Assembly (NCBI RefSeq): GCF_036588685.1
Contig: NC_086378.1
Location: 20,646,001-20,710,000, forward strand
Direction of reading: 5' to 3'
Length of the DNA stretch: 64,000 bases
Source of the DNA: Mytilus trossulus
Lineage: Eukaryota
Numbering within the stretch: position 1 is the first letter of the stretch; each line of letters begins with the position of its first letter. The notes below the pieces were generated by a model, which was not told the origin of the DNA, searched no databases, and was given only the letters and a program-made list of their open reading frames with translations. This document shows, piece by piece, positions 53,901-62,900 of this stretch. A program made the position numbers and the translations under genes.

Positions 53901-56900
53901 TTTCCACCAACTATTCAGGTAAAAGAGTTTGTTATAGAAAGACAGAGAGATATGAACAGGATGTTTCCTCCAACTATTCAGGTAAGAGAGTTTGTAATAG
54001 AAAGGCAGAGAGATATGAACAGGATGTTTCCACCAACTATTCAGGTAAGAGAGTTTGTTATAGAAAGACAGAGGGATATGAACAGGATGTTTCCACCAAC
54101 TATTCAGGTAAGAGAGTTTGTAATAGAAAGGCAGAGAGATATGAACAGGATGTTTCCACCAACTATTCAGGTAAGAGAGTTTGTTATAAAAAGGCAGAGA
54201 GATATGAACAGGATGTTTCCACCAACAATTCAGGTAAGAGAGTTTGTTATAGAAAGGCAGAGAGATATGAACAGGATGTTTCCACCAACTATTCAGGTAA
54301 GAGAGTTTGTAATAGAAAGGCAGAGAGATATGAACAGGATGTTTCCACCAACTATTCAGGTAAGAGAGTTTGTTATAGAAAGACAGAGGGATATGAACAG
54401 GATGTTTCCACCAACTATTCAGGTAAGAGAGTTTGTAATAGAAAGACAGAGAGATATGAACAGGATGTTTCCACCAACTATTCAGGTAAGAGAGTTTGTA
54501 ATAGAAAGGCAGAGAGATATGAACAGGATGTTTCCACCAAATATTCAGGTAAGAGAGTTTGTTATAGAAATACAGAGGGATATGAACAGGATGTTTCCAC
54601 CAACTATTCAGGTAAGAGAGTTTGTTATAGAAAGACAGAGGGATATGAACAGGATGTTTCCACCAACTATTGAGGTAAAAGAGTTTGTTATAGAAAGACA
54701 GAGGGATATGAACAGGATGTTTCCACCAACTATTCAGGTAAGAGAGTTTGTAATAGAAAGGCAGAGAGATATGAACAGGATGTTTCCACCAACTATTCAG
54801 GTAAGAGAGTTTGTTATAGAAAGACAGAGGGATATGAACAGGATGTTTCCACCAACTATTGAGGTAAGAGAGTTTGTTATAGAAAGACAGAGAGATATGA
54901 ACAGGATGTTTCCACCAACTATTCAGGTAAGAGAGTTTGTTATAGAAAGACAGAGGGATATGAACAGGATGTTTCCACCAACTATTCAGGTAAGAGAGTT
55001 TGTTAAAGAAAGACAGAGGGATATGACCAGGATGTTTCCACCAACTATTCAGGTAAGAGAGTTTGCTATAGAAAGACAGAGAGATATGAACAGGATGTTT
55101 CCACCAACTATTCAGGTAAGAGAGTTTGTTATAGAAAGACAGAGAGATATGAACAGGATGTTTCCACCAACTATTCAGGTAAGAGAGTTTGTTATAGAAA
55201 GGCAGAGAGATATGAACAGGATGTTTCCACCAACTATTCAGGTAAGAGAGTTTGTAATAGAAAGACAGAGAGATATGAACAGGATGTTTCCACCAACTAT
55301 TCAGGTAAAAGAGTTTGTTATAGAAAGACAGAGAGATATGAACAGGATGTTTCCTCCAACTATTCAGGTAAGAGAGTTTGTAATAGAAAGACAGAGAGAT
55401 ATGAACAGGATGTTTCCACCAACTATTCATGTAAGAGAGTTTGTTATAGAAAGACAGAGGGATATGAACAGGATGTTTCCACCAACTATTCAGGTAAGAG
55501 AGTTTGTAATAGAAAGGCAGAGAGATATGAACAGGATGTTTCCACCAACTATTCAGGTAAGAGAGTTTGTTATAGAAAGGCAGAGAGATATGAACAGGAT
55601 GTTTCCACCAACAATTCAGGTAAGAGAGTTTGTTATAGAAAGGCAGACAGATATGAACAGGATGTTTCCACCAACTATTCAGGTAAGAGAGTTTGTAATA
55701 GAAAGGCAGAGAGATATGAACAGGATGTTTCCACCAACAATTCAGGTAAGAGAGTTTGTTATAGAAAGGCAGAGAGATATGAACAGGATGTTTCCACCAA
55801 CTATTCAGGTAAGAGAGTTTGTTATAGAAAGACAGAGGGATATGAACAGGATGTTTCCACCAACTATTCAGGTAAGAGAGTTTGTTATAGAAAGACAGAG
55901 GGATATGAACAGGATGTTTCCACCAACTATTCAGGTAAGTGAGTTTGTTAAAGAAAGGCAGAGAGATATGAACAGGGTGTTTCCACCAACTATTCAGGTA
56001 ACAGAGTTTGTTATAGAAAGACAGAGAGATATGAACAGGATGTTTCCACCAACTATTCAGGTAAGAGAGTTTGTTATAGAAAGACAGAGGGATATGAACA
56101 GGATGTTTCCACCAACTATTCAGGTAAGAGAGTTTGTTATAGAAAGACAGAGGGATATGAACAGGATGTTTCCACCAACTATTCAGGTAAGAGAGTTTGT
56201 TATAGAAAGACAGAGGGATATGAACAGGATGTTTCCACCAACTATTCAGGTAAGAGAGTTTGTAATAGAAAGGCAGAGAGATATGAACAGGATGTTTCCA
56301 CCAACTATTCAGGTAAGAGAGTTTGTTATAGAAAGACAGAGGGATATGAAGAGGATGTTTCCACCAACTATTCAGGTAAGAGAGTTTGTTATAGAAAGAC
56401 AGAGAGATATGATCAGGATGTTTCCACCAACTATTCAGGTAAGAGAGTTTGTTATAGAAAGACAGAGGGATATGAACAGGATGTTTCCACCAACTATTCA
56501 GGTAAGAGAGTTTGTTATAGAAAGACAGAGAGATATGAACAGGATGTTTCCACCAACTATTCAGGTAAGAGAGTTTGTTATAGAAAGGCAGAGAGATATG
56601 AACAGGATGTTTCCACCAACTATTCAGGTAAGAGAGTTTGTTATAGAAAGACAGAGAGATATGAACAGGATGTTTCCACCAACTATTCAGGTAAGAGAGT
56701 TTGTTATAGAAAGGCAGAGAGATATGAACAGGATGTTTCCACCAACTATTCAGGTAAGAGAGTTTGTAATAGAAAGACAGAGAGATATGAACAGGATGTT
56801 TCCACCAACTATTCAGGTAAGAGAGTTTGTAATAGAAAGGCAGAGAGATATGAACAGGATGTTTCCACCAACAATTCAGGTAAGAGAGTTTGTAATAGAA

Positions 56901-59900
56901 AGACAGAGAGATATGAACAGGATGTTTTCTCCAACTATTCAGGTAAGAGAGTTTGTTATAGAAAGGCAGAGAGATATGAACAGGATGTTTCCACCAACTA
57001 TTCAGGTAAGAGAGTTTGTTATAGAAAGGCAGAGAGATATGAACAGGATGTTTCCACCAACTATTCAGGTAAGAGAGTTTGTTATAGAAAGACAGAGAGA
57101 TATGAACAGGATGTTTCCACCAACTATTCAGGTAAGAGAGTTTGTAATAGAAAGACAGAGAGATATGAACAGGATGTTTCCACCAACTATTCAGGTAAGA
57201 GAGTTTGTAATAGAAAGACAGAGAGATATGAACAGGATGTTTCCACCAACTATTCAGGTAAGAGAGTTTGTAATAGAAAGACAGAGAGATATGAACAGGA
57301 TGTTTCCACCAACTATTCAGGTAAGAGAGTTTGTTATAGAAAGACAGAGAGATATGAACAGGATGTTTCCTCCAACTATTCAGGTAAGAGAGTTTGTAAT
57401 AGAAAGGCAGAGGGATATGAACAGGATGTTTCCACCAACTATTCAGGTAAGAGAGTTTGTTATAGAAAGACAGAGGGATATGAACAGGATGTTTCCACCA
57501 ACTATTCAGGTAAGAGAGTTTGTTATAGAAAGGCAGAGAGATATGAACAGGATGTTTCCACCAACTATTCAGGTAAGAGAGTTTGTAATAGAAAGACAGA
57601 GAGATATGAACAGGATGTTTCCACCAACTATTCAGGTAAGAGAGTTTGTTATAGAAAGGCAGAGGGATATGAACAGGATGTTTCCACCAACTATTCAGGT
57701 AAGAGAGTTTGTTATAGAAAGGCAGAGAGATATGAACAGGATGTTTCCACCAACTATTCAGGTAAGAGAGTTTGTTATAGAAAGACAGAGAGATATGAAC
57801 AGGATGTTTCCACTAACTATTCAGGTAAGAGAGTTTGTTATAGAAAGACAGGGATATGAACAGGATGTTTCCACCAACTATTCAGGTAAAAGAGTTTGTT
57901 ATAGAAAGACAGAGGGATATGAACAGGATGTTTCCACCAACTATTCAGGTAAGAGAGTTTGTTATAGAAAGACAGAGAGATATGAACAGGATGTTTCCAC
58001 CAACTATTCAGGTAAGAGAGTTTGTTATAGAAAGACAGAGAGATATGAACAGGATGTTTCCACCAACTATTCAGGTAAGAGAGTTTGTTATAGAAAGACA
58101 GAGGGATATGAACAGGATGTTTCAACCAACTATTCAGGTAAGAGAGTTTGTTATAGAAAGACAGAGGGATATGAACAGGATGTTTCCACCAACTAATCAG
58201 GTAAGAGAGTTTGTTATAGAAAGACAGAGGAATATGAACAGGATGTTTCCACCAACTATTCAGGTAAGAGAGTTTGTAATAGAAAGGCAGAGAGATATGA
58301 GCAGGATGTTTCCACCAACTATTCAGGTAAGAGAGTTTGTTATAGAAAGACAGAGGGATATGAACAGGATGTTTCCACCAACTATTCAGGTAAGAGAGTT
58401 TGTTATAGAAAGACAGAGAGATATGAACAGGATGTTTCCACCAACTATTCAGGTAAGAGAGTTTGTTATAGAAAGACAGAGAGATATGAACAGGATGTTT
58501 CCACCAACTATTCAGGTAAGAGAGTTTGTTATAGAAAGACAGAGAGATATGAACAGGATGTTTCCACCAACTATTCAGGTAAGAGAGTTTGTTATAGAAA
58601 GACAGAGGGATATGAACAGGATGTTTCCACCAACTATTCAGGTAAGAGAGTTTGCTATAGAAAGACAGAGAGATATGAACAGGATGTTTCCACCAACTGT
58701 TCAGGTAAGAGAGTTTGTTATAGAAAGACAGAGAGATATGAACAGGATGTTTCCACCAACTATTCAGGTAAGAGAGTTTGTTATAGAAAGGCAGAGAGAT
58801 ATGAACAGGATGTTTCCACCAACTATTGAGGTAAGAGAGTTTGTTATAGAAAGACAGAGAGATATGAACAGGATGTTTCCACCAACTATTCAGGTAAGAG
58901 AGTTTGTTATAGAAAGACAGAGAGATATGAACAGGATGTTTCCTCCAACTATTCAGGTAAGAGAGTTTGTTATAGAAAGACAGAGAGATATGAACAGGAT
59001 GTTTCCACCAACTATTCAGGTAAGAGAGTTTGTAATAGAAAGGCAGAGAGATATGAACAGGATGTTTCCACCAACTATTCAGGTAAGAGAGTTTGTAATA
59101 GAAAGACAGAGGGATATGAACAGGATGTTTCCACCAACTATTCAGGTAAGAGAGTTTGTAATAGAAAGACAGAGAGATATGAACAGGATGTTTCCACCAA
59201 CTATTCAGGTAAGAGAGTTTGTTATAGAAAGACAGAGAAATATGAACAGGATGTTTCCACCAACTATTCAGGTAAGAGAGTATGTCATAGAAAGACAGAG
59301 AGATATGAACAGGATGTTTTCTCCAACTATTCAGGTAAGAGAGTTTGTCATAGAAAGGCAGAGAGATATGAACAGGATGTTTCCACCAACTATTCAGGTA
59401 AGAGAGTTTGTTATAGAAAGACAGAGAGATATGAACAGGATGTTTCCACCAACTATTCAGGTAAGAGAGTTTGTAATAGAAAGGCAGAGAGATATGAACA
59501 GGATGTTTCCACCAACTATTCAGGTAAGAGAGTTTGTAATAGAAAGACAGAGGGATATGAACAGGATGTTTCCACCAACTATTCAGGTAAGAGAGTTTGT
59601 AATAGAAAGACAGAGAGATATGAACAGGATGTTTCCACCAACTATTCAGGTAAGAGAGTTTGTAATAGGAAGACAGAGGGATATGAACAGGATGTTTCCA
59701 CCAACTATTCAGGTAAGAGAGTTTGTTATAGAAAGACAGAGAGATATGAACAGGATGTTTCCACCAACTATTCAGGTAAGAGAGTTTGTTATAGAAAGAC
59801 AGAGAGATATGAACAGGATGTTTCCACCAACAATTCAGGTAAAATAATGTTTATACTAAGTATGTATATGAATCAAATTCAGTGCAAACAACAAGAATGA

Positions 59901-62900
59901 TCTTCAAAGGTTTGCTTTTGACTAAACAGAAAGGAAAGAGGCCTACATATAAAATGATTGAATCCACAAAATTGTTCTTAGCAGTACAATGAAACCTTAT
60001 ATGTTTTTTGTATACAAGCTGAAATGTAAAATAAAAGATGAAACTATTTATTATCCCCAATAAAACACCATTCACATACTTAACACACAAAATTGATAGC
60101 ACATGTACAAAAGCACAAAAGTGATAGCACAATGTATGACTGGATAAATGATAAAAGGTGGAGTACTTCTTTTGTTGGCTCCATTTTGTTGTAAGAATAG
60201 AAATATCCACTATAAACTTTTTGAAAAATAACTGGACACCATGGAGTGAAATTTTCAAAATATGACAAAGGATCGAGTTAATTGTTATATATAAATTGGG
60301 AAAATGTTATATTTATAGGATCACCTTAAAACAACATATGAAGATTGTAAGAATGACAGTGGGAAAGGACTTTTCCAACGTATGAAGAACAAAATGGAGG
60401 GTGGAGTTGATAATGAACGACCTAACATGTTCCAGAGTGCTTCAAGTACATTACTAGCTCAATTGGAACAGTTAATGGTAAGTGCTGCTCTATCAAAAGG
60501 AGTACGTTCAGTGTGAATCTCTATTACTAGCTTAAATCATCATTATGCCAATGAATTATAGTTAAAAACAAAGACTGGATAGGAAAGGGAATCCCGCAAA
60601 AGTTTGTTTTAACAAATAACCTACAACATGTATCTGACCCTTGTGTGCACCAAGTTTCTGTCTTAAACTGATGTGGTTGAAATCCAGAAGATTTTCAGTT
60701 CTTTTATACTAAAATCTTAATATTCAATCTATAAGTTCACCTGACTTTTCATGAGTCAGTGTGTCTTATGTTAAGTATTTCTTGATTTAAGTCTGTGTCT
60801 GATTTACTATGTCACAGTGAACTGGACATACGCCAAAGTATCATTATGGAAAATATCAGACGGTGACTTTGGTACCTCTTTTAACATTGATATTGTGGAA
60901 TTTATGATATATTTGATCCCAGTTTTGAAACCTTTACCTTTAAGACATTGAATATTAAATTTGATTAAGAGTTGTAAAGCAAGGCATTTCAGCTGGTGCA
61001 CTCTTGTTAACAGCTATACTGTGGATTCATTATTAGTCATTGGATACCAATTTTCGTGGATTTCGTGGGTACAGGTTAACCATGAAATTAAATGTCCACG
61101 AATGACAAACTTTTCATAGGATTGTGATAGAACCACAAAATTAATATCCATGAACATGCTAGCTTTCCTCAGTCCACGAAAATTGGTACCCACGAAAATA
61201 TATGAATCCACAGTATATGTCTTTAGAAGAACATATGAGGTATATGTAATTAATGTTTCTGTATGTAAATGATAGAATTGATGGGGTATACAGAAAACAG
61301 CCAAACTGCTTATAGAATAACGCCTTTGCTGCTAGATATTTATGTAAAGCTTAATTTAGAAATTATTTAATAAAATTTCTGTTTTCGGTTGTTTATTTAT
61401 CAATTTACCAGCTTAAACTATATCTCATACATATGAATAGATTTCATGAAATTGTCATATTTAGGTGAACGAAAAATAATGGTAATGTATTTAAGGATGT
61501 ACTTTGTTGCTATTAAAAAAATCTAGAATTTCAAATTGATACTTTAAGTCAGAAGAGCATTAGTTAAAGAACAAAATAGGCTAAAAGGAAGGAAAAGATC
61601 AACTAGGAACGTTTACCTTATATTTACATTGGTATCATTTTGGTCTCAAATCTAAGGAAACGAAATTAACAATCTGCTAAAATTTTGATAAACGACCTTT
61701 TGCAAAAATGTTTTGTAAGCTAATGAAGTCTGATGTGAAAAGAAAAATGGGTCTAATGGGGCAAAATATTTTAACCTGTATTGAAGTAAAAAAAAAATCA
61801 AGGAGTAAAATCACAAATTGCTAAACCTCAATTAAATACATCTATAGTTGATAAAAAAAAAAAACTAATGATAAGGCCACACCAATTTAATTTCTTGTTC
61901 TACGGATTTTTGGACTCCAAAAATTGGGGCGAGCGAGCGATTTGAAAATTTTAATAAAAAAATATTTAATTTGCAAATTTTTAAGGCGAAGCTTAAAAAG
62001 TAAAGGCGAGCAATTATAATTTTTTTTGGTAAATATAAAATATTAGGTTTTGACTATATTAAAACTTGATTTATCACTTGTACCTTGACATTTCTTCAAT
62101 TTATGAAGTATTTTTTCCCCTGTTCAACAAGAAATAATTGAATAATTAAATCTGGTCTATATATGTGTGACTGACAATGAGACAATTCTCCATCCAAGTC
62201 ATTATCAGGTTCAGAACAACCCCTTATATGACCCCTTAATATAATGAATATCCCTTTTCTGAGGGGTCAAAATATTAAAGTTTAATGAAATATATTTTTT
62301 TTGTAAAAACACTTTAAGTACAAAAGGGCTTATATTTTCCCAAAGAACTATAATATTTGGTATTAAATAGTCAAAACATGTTCAAGAATTTTGTAATATT
62401 CCTGAACTTTAACCATGTTAACACATTTACTTTGTCTTTAACAGTTTAATATTATTCAAAATAAGTGGACCCATCCCTCTTTCAGAAAAGTTGATTAAAA
62501 TATAATGTATTTCTCCTCTTTTTGAGTAAAAAATTCTAAGTTGTCAAAGGTTTGTATAGTAGCACTGTACAAATCCTTAGTATTTCTATTTTCTTTTCTA
62601 CAACAGACTGAACAGTAAACATGGTAAAATTACCCCTTCAAGGCCCTTGTCTGAGGGAGGGTTGGTCCCAACCTGATAATAACAAACATAGGTCAAATAC
62701 GGCCTTTTACACAGTGCTTTGATCAAGACCAACCAGCAAGCTATAGGGACCACAACTTAGTATTGTACACAATTCGAACAGAGAAACCAACGATCTAAAT
62801 TATATTTCCAAACGGGAAAATGTCAAATGAACCACATCAACAAACGATAACTGCTGCACGACAGGTCTCTCAATCAACCAGGACAGGTGCACAAACCTGC

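Noticed and set aside
52595-58125. Antisense ORFs (758, 155 and 95 aa; LNSWWKHPVHISLSFYNKLSY)
   Set aside because: Shadow frames of the same satellite, with no independent gene evidence.
53259-59847. 1645-aa and 663-aa ORFs of VREFVIERQRDMNRMFPPTIQ repeats as stand-alone proteins
   Set aside because: They are open only because the 63-bp unit lacks stops. They are out of frame with exon P after the indels and lie within an intron defined by flanking in-phase exons.
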